64,000 bases of DNA, taken from positions 99,572,001 through 99,636,000 of the forward strand of contig NC_043004.1 of NCBI RefSeq assembly GCF_006345805.1. The letters run 5' to 3'. The position numbers and the translations under genes are program-made. Positions 1 to 15,575 of this stretch are shown here, piece by piece. Numbering within the stretch: the stretch's first letter is position 1; the number at the start of each line of letters is the position of its first letter. The notes below the pieces were generated by a model that had not been told where the DNA came from, made no database searches, and worked only from the letters and a program-made list of their open reading frames with translations. The stretch is from Octopus sinensis (taxonomy: Eukaryota).

Positions 1-918
1 TGCCGTGAGGTAGGTTCATCTGGGACTCTTGACAGGAAGATGTCCAGCTTTGATTTAAAAACCGCGACGTCTACTTTGTGCAAGTTCCTCAGACTTTTTG
101 GGAGAATATTAAAAAGCTGTGGTCCTTGAAACCCAGGCTGTTGCAGAAGCTGGTCCTGAAGCGTGATGGCATTGCTGGGATCTTTGGCACTATGCAGTGT
201 CGTCCCGTTCTAGCATTGGTGTAGCTTACAATGCCAAATTTGGCACAATTCCTTCCAGGATCTTCCAGACATATATTACTGCATACCTCTCCCGTCTTCT
301 CTCCAGGGAGTAGAGTCTTAGCTGTTTCAACCTTTCCCAGTAGCTGAGCTGTTGCAAAGAGACGATCTTCTTTGTGAATCTTCTCTGGATTGCTTCAAGG
401 TCTGCTGTTAAGTTTACACTGGTGGGTGACCATAGATGTGAGCAGTAATCCAGGCGACTGAGGACGAATGACCGCCAGAGGACCATCATGGTTTCCTTAT
501 CTCTGGTTCTGAATGTTCTTAGGATCCACCCAGCCAGTCGTCTGCACTTTGTCGCCATCCTGGTAATGTGCGCTTGGAAAGAGGTATCATCACTCATGTC
601 GTTACCCAGGTCCCTCACAGACTTAGGCTTTGGGATTGAAATTCCCTGTGGACCGGTGTATCCTGTAAGTTTAATATTCAGTTTTGGATGCTGGTAGCGC
701 AGGGCCTGGAATTTTTCAGCATTAAACTGCATATTATTATCCTCAGCCCATCTGTAGATTGAGACCAACTCCTGCTGCAGGTGTGCAACATCGCTGGGGT
801 TCTGTATTTTCTGCGAGACTTTCGTATCGTCTGCATAGCTGGCCAGAGTGGCTATCCGGGCATTTGAGGGCATATCTGAGAGGGCCACTATAGAAAGCAG
901 TGGTCCCAAGACAGTGCC
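1..918 (-). mobile_element. CR1-like LINE relic, C-terminal part of the reverse transcriptase ORF, 5'-truncated
   Basis: ORF 226..981(-) has GTVLGPLL, YADDTK, VRDLG, SRLDYCSHLWSP, LEAIQRRFTK and LSYWERLKQLRLYSLERRRER, all CR1/Jockey-group RT motifs. LINE sequence stops at 918 against (TA)n; the first ~21 aa of the ORF are not LINE. Confidence 0.9.
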
Positions 919-930
919 TATATATATATA

Positions 931-1092
931 GGGAGAGTTTACGAAAAAACAAAAGACGAAGACAGGTCGTGTACAAAACAAACAGATAACGTACAGGAAT
1001 AGAAAAAGTCGTTTACGTTTCGAGCCTACGCTCTTCTACAGAAAGGGACACAGAAAAAACAAGAAGAGAAAAAATGTGTGTAGTGGCTAATA
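931..1092 (-). mobile_element. Hammerhead-bearing short repeat, family A, copy 1
   Basis: Similar to 13657-13934, 43714-43877, 49099-49433 and 50363-50551. The 3' end (hammerhead sense) abuts (TA)n. Confidence 0.8.
1010..1045 (-). ncRNA. Minimal type I hammerhead motif (family A, variant core)
   Basis: Minus strand reads cttt-CTGTAGA-A-GAGC gtag GCTC-GAAAC-GTA-aacg, with one stem I mismatch. Confidence 0.55.
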
Positions 1093-1987
1093 GATAGAGA
1101 GAGAAAGAGAAAGAAAAATGAAGAGACTGGCAGAAGCAATATTAATACCAAATGGTAAAATATTAACTAACTGTCAGGTACTTACCATTGGAAAGGTAAA
1201 AAGAGACCAAAGTCACGTGATCTGGTGGTTTTTGCTGCGGGACTAGTGGTGATTATCTGCTGATGGTGATAGCTATGACATGCTTTTATGCACCAAAATA
1301 ACAATATCAGAGCTTTTCTCTCGATAAAATTCAGGAGTGTGTTCTAGCCTACCATACACTTCTATGTGGTGAATATTTGAACCTGTATACATACATATGG
1401 AAGAACAGTGTACGCACATATATATGTGTATATACGCATGTATGGTTGTTAGTTTGCATGCATTCATGTTTGTATGTAGGCATGTAAGTATGTATATAAC
1501 ATAGATTCTAAAGTTTATATTCCGGTTGTTGACATACATATTCTAGATGAAACAATCCGGCTGATTTTAATTAGATTCAAGTAAACACTGAAATAGAATA
1601 TCTATTTTAGACATACGTGCATTATATGCAATAGAGGTAGTGATGAGAAATAATAATTTAGATGTAGACGTCGATAAATTTGGTGGCGTTGAAATACAGA
1701 AATACTTTAAATTATAGAAAAACAATTCGAATACTATCAACAGGAAGCAATAACTGATAATTACTAGTGCTGGCATAATTAATTGATGAAGCTTTAAAAA
1801 ACTAATTAGAGACCACTCTGAGATGACAGAAAAAATATTTCCCAATAAAAATATTCATTTTTCAGGCAAATATGCGACACATCTGCGGATATGTTTAGGT
1901 ACTATTATGAACTCACCAGATCAGTCATCCCTTAGTCATGTTTCACAAACTAATTATTGATGCATTACTAAGTATATATATATATAT

Positions 1988-2320
1988 CGTGACACTCCGT
2001 CGGTTACGATGACGAAGGATCCAGTTGATCCGATCAACGGAACAGCCTGTTCGTGAAATTAACGTGCAAGTAGCTGAGCACTCCACAGACACATGTACCC
2101 TTAACGAGTGTGAAAAGGGTGGCCCTTCGAAATACTGGTACAACAGAAACAGTAAGAAAGGGTGAGAGTATGTTGTGGTGAAAGAGTGCAGTAGGGTTCG
2201 CCACCACCCTCCTGCCGGAGCCTCGTGGAGCTTAAGGTGTTTTCGCTCAAAAAACAATCACAATGCCGCGTGTGGGAATCGAAACAGCGATCCTATGACC
2301 GCGAGCCCGCTGCCCTAACC
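1988..2320 (-). mobile_element. tRNA-derived SINE, family 3
   Basis: Minus-strand head has ggttagggcagcgg and a B-box-like gtttcgattccc. Body is similar to 41818-42123, 45387-45680 and 42988-43310. Confidence 0.75.
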
Positions 2321-3319
2321 AGGCAAGTCAACCGATATTTGAACTCAGAACGTAAAGATGATCGCAAAACCGTTGTCTTAATGATTCTGCCAGCTCGCCA
2401 CCCGAGATACCTGTAACATAATGAGAACACGATTCAATTGATTACAAATCTGTCTTGGAATCTCTTCTTTGTCGATTTTTTAAAAAATGTTTTGAGCTAC
2501 AAGAATATTTTCGTCTTTAGTGTGTATTCTATGAATTGACAAAGTCCAAATTTTGCAATAAAAAAGACGTGTTTGGCGCAGTGAAACTGTTTTGGTTAGT
2601 TCAGCAATAAATCTTCCAGTTTCATACAATGTAGCATCATTGCTATTAATTTTCAAGTATATATTTCATATAAGTATTCTCAAGCATAAAATAGCTTCAG
2701 AGGTGGAAATTGTTATGAAAGATTGTGATTGGAATTAGGAGAAAACACATTCAAGATTATGGAATAAATATTCCGTTTTCCAAAATTTATTGTTTTTCAA
2801 ATTGGTAAGATTTATAGACTGTATAAATGCTTAGATATTTTTTTTTAAATTGCGCAATAGTGGGCATCAGCTGACGTAAGGTGATCCATTATATCTATCA
2901 TAAAAGACCTTGTAAATATCTTCAAGTCATGACCCACAGATACAGTAACATGAAACAGCGTCAAGAAGTCAATTTTAAGCATTAAACGCATACATTACCA
3001 AACTCATTCCAGTTGGGTAGAATTCACATGAAAATATTCGTTCATTGTTTGATTTCGCAAGTTCTAATAATCACTAGAGAGGAACTCTTCAGAGTTCTTT
3101 AAAAATATTTTTATATGGTATTTTCAGAGGGGGAAGGGCATTGCCATGAACATTTTACAGAGTCACAAGTGCACCAGTGAACTACTGACGGACGCCACAT
3201 GAAATCCTGGTATTGGAGTCCAACATGACGAAAAATCCATTCTTGCACCAAGAGCAAAAATGTTTCAATACGATAAACATTTTAAATATTTTTTAATCCA
3301 AGACCATGAAAGTTATAAA

Positions 3320-3396
<77 letters not shown>

Positions 3397-3400
3397 CAAC
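3320..3400. repeat. (AAT)n microsatellite
   Basis: Direct reading. Confidence 0.95.
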
Positions 3401-4383
3401 ACTGACAGATGGTTAGTATTATTTATCTGTTATTTCAATATTTCATAGATATGACTCCTTCAGCTATCAACAACGTTTCTCCGCAAATTTCTTGAAGAAA
3501 GGATCCTAACCCTCATATATTGAAATATAAAGTTATAGAAATACCCTTCGCCCTGTAGTTTACATTTTACCTCACCTGTTTTATTTTGATTTGTACAGAA
3601 AATATTTCAAACATTTGCGAATGTTAGAAAACGCTTCAAGTAAGCTATAGTACAGTTCTATCCGAAAAGCTGCCACAAAGTTTGCTGTCTAGAAAGATCC
3701 AGAATTTATACAGTCCGATGTTATAATAGAAAGACATTTTTCAAAGGAATCCCACAATGAAATCGAACCCGAAGAAATCTACTGGAATAATGAATTGTTC
3801 CAATGTATGGCAACGTTTCCTTTTAGCATAAACTATAACAAAAGTAAATTGGTATATATTTCCAGAAAATACTTCTCTAAAGAGACGCCACCAATCTTAT
3901 GAGGCAGATATTACGTACAAATAAATTAAGTCGATAAATTAAGTCCCAGTTGCGTACTGGGGTCAATCTAATCAACTGCCCCGTCTCCAAATATTTCGGG
4001 CCTTATGCCTAAAGTAGAAATGAATATACGTTAAAATGATAATAACAGAGGATCCGTGCTGAGACTATGTCACTTTAGAATATGCTGGTCGTTTTACATG
4101 ATCAGTATTAAACTTTAAAATAAAGTCTCAAATAAATATTTCATTTGAAAAATAAAAAACATTATCGGTTTCTCATGGAAACAATACATGTTAAGTGTTT
4201 TGATAAGTTAATTGCATGAGGAATGGTAAATACTTTTAAATGTTTTTAGATGTTATTATGAAATTAGTTTAGAATGTTCCAGTTTCTCTGACTTTACCTT
4301 CACTGAAAATGTGTTCATTAGTTGATACTCTCGTTTATAAAAACCTAACACTCCTCCCCGAATACAATGATTTCACAACGTTT

Positions 4384-4822
4384 GGATCTTTTCGATTTGA
4401 ACGGCAGTTTTTAACATAATTTCTAGGTAACTAAAAAAATTTTAAACTTCGTATACTGCTAGAATGTGTTTATAAAACATCTTTTTCTCTTGGCTTTATT
4501 GAGAAAATTCTATAGTTTGTAAGGTATTTGTTGTTTTTTTTTCTTCAATTTCTGCAATTTCAACAAATCAGTGACGTCTATTGAGTTAAAAAGCATTCTG
4601 TGCCGTATGAATATGTCCCTAGTTTAAGAAACAGATTGGGTTTATTTACACTTGTGAAGAAAAAATATACCCTTCCCTCACTGCTAACCCTAACCCTAAC
4701 CCTAACTAACCCCAACCCTAAAAGATATTGAAATGCAATAGATCGATTCTAGAGTTATAATTATGGGTGACAATTTCATATGACACCGCTAGAAAAAACT
4801 GCCGTTCAAACCGAAAAGATCC
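4384..4822. mobile_element. MITE with ~29-bp TIRs and internal telomere-type (CCCTAA) repeats
   Basis: TIRs ggatcttttcgatttgaacggcagttttt and aaaaactgccgttcaaaccgaaaagatcc. Flanks caacgttt and aaacgttt form an 8-bp TSD with 1 mismatch. ctaaccctaaccctaaccctaa lies at ~4684-4720. Confidence 0.85.
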
Positions 4823-5850
4823 AAACGTTTTCCTGTTTAAATGTACAATTGTCTCGGATCTCTTCAAGAATCGAAGAAATCTATTTGGGACAACTTCATA
4901 AAAATTTTCTCTGCTATTAAGATCGGTTGTTTAAAACTTTTGTATTTACTGCGTAATCCAGTCAGTGAACGCTACAGTCTGAAATGCTTGAATCTTGTTA
5001 TAGAATGATATTGCAATATATCTATGTTGGGAATTTAACTGTTTTACCATTTACTCAGAAATTAGGAATCCCGTTTTCCCTAGGTGCTCCCCAGTTGGTG
5101 TGTGAAGTTACCACCTCCTTAACTCACTTTCTCTTATTTAGCTATTTCCTTCCATCATCCCCTCTTTTCTGTACATTCGCATTAAGCTTTCCATTCACAA
5201 CATGTAACGATTTTGATTTATCGTTTTGCCTCGGATTCTCCCTCTACCCATAATTCTTTTCTAAAAGCTTCTAACATATCTTTCATCTGGGGAGTCATTA
5301 ACGTATTTTTCGATGTCTTAACGTTATAGAAAGGATATTTTATTATGTGCAGCGAACTTCTTTCCATCCACATAACTTCCAAATTAATGGTTCTAAACTT
5401 GGATTGTTGCTCAATCATTTTAGCTATTACTATGAGGACTACAATCTTATCATGACACTCATGTTTCATTATCAGCATTAATATTAATCTGAAGATGAAC
5501 AACCAAAAACTATGGCTGGCAAATGTGCAAGAGACTCTTGGTTGATAATGGCGATGACTAGGTGTGGCTATCATTTATACCTTGCATCTCTCTGCTCTTT
5601 TCCTTTCGATTATTTAACCGAGTTACTGTCCAAGGTCAAGTGAGGTCGAATGGAGTGTTCGGTATTTGAAATGCTGTCACAGTAATATACCAGATAGACA
5701 ATGCAAACGTTAAGCCAAACGACTCAATCTTCAAAGAAAAGAAGGTATGAGTGACAATGAACAGCTATTGATTCCAGGTGTCAACGTAGAGAAGTCATCA
5801 ACACTTTTCTGGAATATATCCATTGGAGAGAACATAGATTATCATTAAAT

Positions 5851-6276
5851 TTAAGACGTCGAGTTGGCAGAAACGTTAGCACGCCAGGCGAAATGCGTAG
5901 CCGTATTTCGTCTGCCGTTACGTTCTGAGTTCAAATTCCGCCGAGATCGACTTCGTCTTTCATCCTTTCGGGGTCGATAAATTAAGTACCAGTTACGCAC
6001 TGGGGTCGATGTAATCTACTTAATTCGTTTGTCTGTCCTTGTTTGTCCCCTCTGTGTTTAGCCCCTTGTGGGTAGTAAAGAAACAGGTATTTCGTCTGTC
6101 TTTATGTTCTGAGTTCAAATTCCGCCGAGGTCGACTTTGCCTTTCATTATTTCGGGGTCGATAAATTAAGTAGTACCAGTTACGCACTAGGGTCGATGTA
6201 ATCGACTTAATCCCTTTGTCTGTCCTTGGTTGTCCCCTCTATGTTTAGCCCCTTCTGGGCAATAAAGAAATAACTC
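5851..6276 (+). mobile_element. tRNA-derived SINE, family 1, dimeric copy
   Basis: Head gagttggcagaaacgttagc...gagttcaaattcc. Core ctttcatcctttcggggtcgataaattaagtacc occurs twice (second copy slightly diverged). TSD tcattaaat at 5842-5850 and 6277-6285. Confidence 0.85.
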
Positions 6277-6593
6277 TCATTAAATCTATGCCATCGCTAC
6301 AACGTGGAGGTGGTACCTATCCACGAAAATGGCTATTGATTTTGGGCACATTTCTTTTCTCTAGAAAGCACCAATGGGTAGTTTTCTACTTCCTGGTTAC
6401 TATTACTCAGTGAAATATACGGTGGACAGAGTTTTCCTCTTAGTTCAGCACTGAACAATTCTCTCAAGTAACACTTTGCATTGCAATAGACGTATGCGTT
6501 GAGGAAGGTGCTTCATTATAGTAAATTTCAAGGCAGGTCGGTAAGAATTATCACATTGCCATAGGCAATTGTTATAGGCAAATTTATTCCAAA

Positions 6594-6987
6594 CTAGCAG
6601 TATCGCCCGGCGTTGCTCGGGTTTGTAAGGGAAATAACTATATAAGCATTTTTAGAGATCTAAAGTATAATAGCCATCTCAATATGGCTAACCACAAAGC
6701 GGGGTGTTACTGTAGCTTTTTACGTTCTGAGATTTAATAATAAATTTTTAGAGAGTTACTTCCCTTATATATGCCAAAAATGCATTATAAAATGGGAAAA
6801 ATTGATGGTAATTTTTTTTAAATTGTAGACTCATCGTAGACGCGCGCTAATACCCAGAAGGGCTCGATATGAATCACGACTATAAGATACCCGGTTTTGG
6901 TTAAACTGCACCGCAAAATGTGGGAGTAGTTTGGAATCTAAATCGTAGGAGATAGACAGCACACAACCTCTCTTTTATATATAAAGA
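6594..6987 (-). mobile_element. Non-autonomous Helitron, copy 1
   Basis: Minus strand starts A|TCTTTATATATAAAA and ends with hairpin CCCGAGCAACGCCGGG then CGATACTGCTAG|T. No TSD. Close match to 15629-16029. Confidence 0.88.
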
Positions 6988-8926
6988 TATGCTGCTTGAC
7001 GTTACCATCAAAACTAGGAAGAGAAGATTTACTTACGAGCGTCAGAGAAATACACATCTGAGTAAAGTGACTACAAATGCCAAAGACGGTTGAGATTTTG
7101 CATAACAAACATTCCCAGAAACTTGTACGAAAATAATTACATTGAGAGGTATAACTGAACAATGGAGGTAAAAGATGTTTGTTGCGTCGTTGGCCCTTGG
7201 TCTATATTTACTTTTGTTGCAGATTGAATGTAAGAATTAAGCGTCGAAGCAACAAAAGGTATGATACGTAGACTATGGTGTCAAATGGATATACTAGCCC
7301 TAATAAACCTCAACGACAATCCAGGTTTATACCCGTCATGTGTGTAAAAGTGGTACTTCTAGTATACTAGAACTGAACTTCCAGTATAATGCGTCATACA
7401 GAGCGACTTGGTTGATTTCCGCTCAAACGAAATCGAAGTGGAAGGAGAAAACCGATCGCTGTTCAGAAGATGTCCGGAAGACGGATGTTCTACATAAATA
7501 AACGAACAAGAAACCAGGAAATCGAGGAAACCTTCCCTCTAGTAAGGTCTGCCATCTTGTGGTGTAGAGAAGAAACGAAAAAGGAACAGAGGGGAAGGAA
7601 AATCCCCATTATCACTATGAAAAATGTATTTTAATGCAAAAATATGAACACCTGAAGGCCAAATCCACCTCCAACTCCATAAAAGTGGTATTTCAACGAA
7701 AACCTGGTACATCCTTTAAGCATTCTACATGAGCTTTTAGGCATAGATGATGTGCAGAATAGCGTCTGCTATGCAAGGCATGCAAAAGGTAAAATATTGC
7801 TGAAAAATATTTTGATATTGACAGAGAACAGCATTTAAATTGCCATGAATTGATGATTTCATTCTTGCTTTCTCTGATACCCGAATTGATCACGGACACG
7901 TTCAGGACGATTTGATCACGGGCACTTTGCGCCCAATAAAAAAAGGATGGCGAATGGGAAAATGATCAGCCTTCTGTATTTACATATATATTTAGTTGCT
8001 TTGCGTAATAAAAAAAAAGAATATTTTTAAGACGTTTTAATATAATGCCTTTTCAACGTACCCCATATTGATTCGTTTATTCCTACATATTTTCTAGTTC
8101 TTTTTCTGTGTGTTTTTATTGCAGGACTAAACGACAAGGATACGAAGAAAACATTTGTCAGATCAGGGTAACCCATGATTTTGTGTCGGACTGCTTCACT
8201 CACTTTATGTGCTTCTTTCTTTATGCTAATGAAACCTTTTTATTCCTAATTTGTTGTGAAGAATTAGCTCCAACTTTTATTACTTTGTTTCTTAAAAGGT
8301 CATTATTGTTATTACTAATCTGTCTCTTTTATTCGGTGTAAAAATCTCAGCTTCCTATGTGCTTTTTTTCTTTAGTTTTTAGTTGCTTCGTTTTTTAATA
8401 TATGTATTCTCCACAGCATATTGAACCCTTGGAGCTCAATTATGGTTCTACATTCGGAGCTCAAATCCCGAAATTGTATTCAAATTTAATAGTCTTAATT
8501 TTATTGTGCAACATCACTGCCCTACTGGGTATAGCTCTTTCTGATTCATGTACACGCACTGTTAGTTTTGTGTTTATGCTTTTCATTATATCAATGACTC
8601 TATGATATGTGTGATAACATATCTCTTCTAATACCAAAGACTGTGTGTTGTGAATGTACTTAAGATGGAGATATTACGCATTTTTATGCAAGTGTCATTA
8701 AAAATTGCAAAGGCATATATTATCATAACATGAGTTGTACCTGCTTTTAGTCCTCACTTCCTGGTAGTCAATATTTCACGATCTTTACGCTTGGGTAATG
8801 ACTTTCTCTCTCTTGTAGAGATACATTAAATTGCACGGGGACAGGGACATCGATTGGCAGGTTTTTATTTTCTGATAATCAATTGACAACAATATCCGGC
8901 CGATTATAAAATATTTTGATATTCTT

Positions 8927-8996
8927 GTGATGATGACGATGACGATGACAACGATGATAATGATAGAAATGATAATGGTTGTTGTTATAGTTATTG

Positions 8997-9072
<76 letters not shown>

Positions 9073-9095
9073 CATTATTATTATTATCATTATTA

Positions 9096-9145
<50 letters not shown>
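8927..9145. repeat. (GAT)/(ATT)n microsatellite
   Basis: Direct reading; explains the poly-Ile ORFs. Confidence 0.95.
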
Positions 9146-9784
9146 TTATCTGAGATTTTGTTGAAGCTTCGGGAGTCTTGCATGCGTAGCTGTCTTGCTA
9201 TGTGCAATGTACAGTACTATGCTATCTGCTCTCTAATACTTTCCAGATTATTCTGGTATTGTCAACGAGACAAATCTTTTAGTAACAGTTCTGCTTTACA
9301 TTCGACACTAATAAATTCCAATAAATTCGTCTTGATGACTCATGGTATTGTCCCCAGGGACCCAACATAAATTTATACTGTCTTTACCTTCTTAGTTTTT
9401 TTCACACTCAAGATATTTCCTATTAAAGAGGGCTGTATATGTCCCCTCTTTCTTCTTGACTATTCGTGTATCAATGGGGTACGCAACATCAATTATAGAG
9501 AACTTGTGGTTCCCTTTGCCCACTACCACTAGTTCCAGCTTATTGTTCTCAAGCACTTTGACTGTTTTAATTGAGAAATTCCACAGAATTCTGCAGGTCT
9601 CCGACTCTGCAACTCTCTGTGGTTTGTGTTCATATTACGTCTTGCCTCGCTCTAGAACTCCACAACATTAGATTTTGTTGGTATTATTTTTGTACCAGTT
9701 ACAGCATTAGTATTGCTACTAAGATTGCTGTTGCTTCTACTGCTTCTGCTACTACTACGAATGCTGTTGGTGTTGCTGCTTCTT

Positions 9785-9820
<36 letters not shown>

Positions 9821-9941
9821 ACTGTATATATTTTGTCATCAAGATCTTTCTATGCGATTTTAATGGTAATATCATCATATGAACAAAATACGCGTAGTTT
9901 ATGAATACGTAATGTATCTTATACACACACTGCCATTCAAG

Positions 9942-9980
<39 letters not shown>

Positions 9981-10689
9981 GCGTGCAGACCGTCATACAT
10001 ATACACACACAAATTCATATTCTATATACTTTGTTTGGTAAAATATATATATAAATATTGAAAAACAATTTCATTGGAGATTAATAAACATCAACAACAA
10101 CAACAATAACAACAACGGGAAAAGTAACAACACGAGCAACAAAAGCAGGAGCATTAAAAAAAAATCAATACTATCACCACCACCACCACCACCACCAGCA
10201 CAACAACAACAAAAACAACAACCGCAACAATTACAATTATCAGCATCATCGTCATCATCACCATCATCCTTATCATTCAAAACACCGACACCATTATTAC
10301 GAACAACAACAACAACAACAGCAACAACGATGCAAACAAACAACATCAGCGATAAACAGTTTCAACATTAACAATACCAAGACAAAATTCAGGTAATAAT
10401 TTTAAATCACAACAACAATGAAGCCATGAAGAAAAAAAAAATTTATTTTATTTATTTTTTTTTTTTCAATATTCAAATTCCAATGCAGATTCAATGAAAC
10501 GTATTGGAGAATGCAACATGTGTCCTGCAGTGGAGTTTAATTACTGTATTATGCTGTCAATGTCGCTAGACACATTTGTCAAATACCTATTGAATATATA
10601 TGAATGTATGTATATATTTAAGATTTTAAGTAAGCGTATACGTTTCTATCTATGAATCGTTACATACACAGAAACGTACTTCCACCTTC

Positions 10690-13260
<2,571 letters not shown>

Positions 13261-13361
13261 TAGAAGGTTGAAAAGTAACTTAAGATTTGATACGTATAAG
13301 GAAAATAAGACAAGGTAGAAAATGCTAAAATAATTTTATCATGAAATACATTTTGTAACAG

Positions 13362-13399
13362 TTAGTACCGGTTTCAGACTTTTCGACATTTTCAACTAA
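13362..13399 (-). ncRNA. Degenerate minimal hammerhead, U3-A8 core
   Basis: Minus strand reads ttag-TTGAAAA-tgtcgaaaagtct-GAAAC-CG-GTA-ctaa. Stem I is 4 bp, helix III is the palindrome ACCGGT, stem II is imperfect. Confidence 0.55.
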
Positions 13400-13603
13400 G
13401 AGCAAAACCAAGATGGTTATTAATTAATACGATAAAAAAAATAAATTGAAGAAAAAATTAAATGAAATATTTTGAAAATATTTCTGTAGATAAAATAGGT
13501 AGGATCATTTCCTTTTTTCTTCTCTCTCTCTCTCTTCCTTAGAAAAGGCTCGGTAGGTACTTGTATGTATGTATGTATATATATACATATATATATGTAT
13601 GTG

Positions 13604-13656
<53 letters not shown>

Positions 13657-13658
<2 letters not shown>

Positions 13659-13932
13659 CGGGAAGGTTTACGAAAATAAACAAAAGACGAAGGCAGGTGG
13701 AGTACAAACAAACAAATGTATTAGTATGGCGCTCAGGAATAGAAATAGAACAAGTCTTTTACGTTTCGAGCCTACGCTCTTCGACAGAAAGATACACAGA
13801 AAAAAAAAACAAGAAGAGAAACAAGGAGAGAAAAAAATGCGTGTAGGAGCTAACGATCTATCATGGCGTTCTGACTTCAGGCAGAGGTCAGAGGTCAGAT
13901 GTCAGACGTTAGACGCTAGAAGGACAGTAGGG

Positions 13933-13934
<2 letters not shown>
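13657..13934 (-). mobile_element. Hammerhead-bearing short repeat, family A, copy 2
   Basis: Similar to the other family A copies. Lies between (TA)n and (GT)n. Confidence 0.8.
13755..13792 (-). ncRNA. Minimal type I hammerhead motif (family A)
   Basis: Minus strand reads tcttt-CTGTCGA-A-GAGC gtag GCTC-GAAAC-GTA-aaaga. Confidence 0.65.
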
Positions 13935-14000
<66 letters not shown>

Positions 14001-14056
14001 CAGAATGCGATAAATATCTAGGGCCGTGAAAGAATTCAGAAAATTTATAAAGAGAA

Positions 14057-14106
14057 TGTCTTACAGTTGTTTCCGGGATATTTTATATATCACTTCATCG
14101 GAGACA
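14057..14106 (-). ncRNA. Type I hammerhead motif, partly degenerate
   Basis: Minus strand reads tgtct-CCGATGA-a-gtgatat ataaa atatccc-g-GAAAC-aact-GTA-agaca, with a perfect 5-bp stem I. Confidence 0.65.
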
Positions 14107-14209
14107 GTGCGACAGAAGGTTGAGCAATAGTTAATCTAGAGAAGATATGAAATAGGGAGTGAAGTGGAGGAATGAAAACAGACGTGAGATATGCAGGGAT
14201 ACTGCACCT

Positions 14210-14438
14210 GACAGGAAGAGGTCCAGCTTTAATTTGAACACACCTACATCCATCCCGTGCAGGTCTCCTAGGTCCTTCGGAAAGATATTGAAGAGCTGTG
14301 GACCTCAGACGCCCAGGCCATTGCAGTATCTTGTTTTACATCTTGATGGCATGTTTGGAGTCTTTGGCACTATGCAGTGGCGCCCAGTTCTAGTATTTGT
14401 GTAACTCTCGATGCCAAAGTTCGGGACAAGTCCTTCCA
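14210..14438 (-). mobile_element. CR1-like LINE 3' fragment (diverged copy)
   Basis: Aligns by eye to 31-257, for example tctttggcactatgcagt and gacaggaaga.gtccagcttt. Confidence 0.8.
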
Positions 14439-14491
14439 TGTATATATATATATATGTGTGTGTGTGTATACACACACACACACACACACAA

Positions 14492-14533
<42 letters not shown>

Positions 14534-14536
<3 letters not shown>

Positions 14537-15085
14537 AACCAGAAACTTTGTTGTAGAAACACGAAAAAACACAGAACCATCGTAGGCTTGCAACGACGCA
14601 GATAGAGAGGAAGGAAAAGGGAGACCCCCAATATGTAACAAATGTAAATGTAGGGGACACATGCAAACAGAGTGCCCCCTAAAAGTATCACTGGTTGAAG
14701 AGATAGAGGTGTGCAACGACGCAGAGAGAGAGGAAGAAAAAAAAGAAGGAAAAAGAAGAAGGAAAGAAAGAAGAATTAACTGTAGATAGAAAGAGAACGC
14801 TTGTGGAATCACCACCAAAAAGTCCGAACAAAAAAGAAAGGTAAAAAGAAATTAACGGAAGAAATGGAAACGGCAGAACATCGAACCCGAGAAACGGAGC
14901 AAACAATGACTAGTGTAAATGCAGAGGAAATGGAAGTCAGAATTGAGCAGGGAAAGGAGAGACTTACAATGCAACTTGAATATGTAGAACGAGAAGGGAG
15001 ACCAAAAGGAAAGAATTTAAGATTGTTGGTGTTTTACATGAAGAAGATGGAATTAGAAAAGAGGTTGGCAAAAATGAAGGGTTGA
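14534..15085 (+). pseudogene. Relic of a retrotransposon ORF1/gag-like sequence with a CCHC zinc knuckle
   Basis: Frame +3 reads GRPPI-CNKCKCRGHMQTECP (CX2CX4HX4C at 14634-14675), followed by E/K-rich sequence broken by stops. Not in the ORF track. Confidence 0.6.
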
Positions 15086-15575
15086 ATTGGATCCGAACAT
15101 GTTTTATAGTGATCAGAAAGCTGTGTTATTGGACAAAGACCGAATGGAAAGAATGGAAGATTTGTTTCCTAGAAGTATAATGGGATCAGGAATATACGTC
15201 GTTATGAGAGTCTGCCGAATGTTGTGGAGTTTATAACAGATGAGGAATTAAAAAAAAATTATAAACTGTATAAAAGAACAGTAAAATGAAACTGTGAGCT
15301 TTGGGGGCTTGTAAGCCATTCCATTCTATTCCTTATAAATATTCCATTTCATAGTTATCCTTCGTTACATGTACCCCATGCTTTGTGTTGTCTGTCCTTG
15401 TTATGTACATTCTTTGTTCAGGCTACATGTCTATAATAAAGATTAAAGTGAGTTAATATAACTGTTCTATAAGAGGGGATTACTGAATTATCAATAGGAC
15501 ATTTTGAAATTGGCTAGACTGTAACGAAGTAAGTTGTCCTTTTATATGCTGCTATCATTGTGTCTTGTTGTGAAG

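Noticed and set aside
3190-3226. Hammerhead-like ctgacgg...gaaatcctggta
   Set aside because: A9 is missing and stems I and II do not pair.
7150-7570. Moderately GC-rich stretch, possible retroelement 5' or ORF1 relic
   Set aside because: No recognisable motif or second copy in the window.
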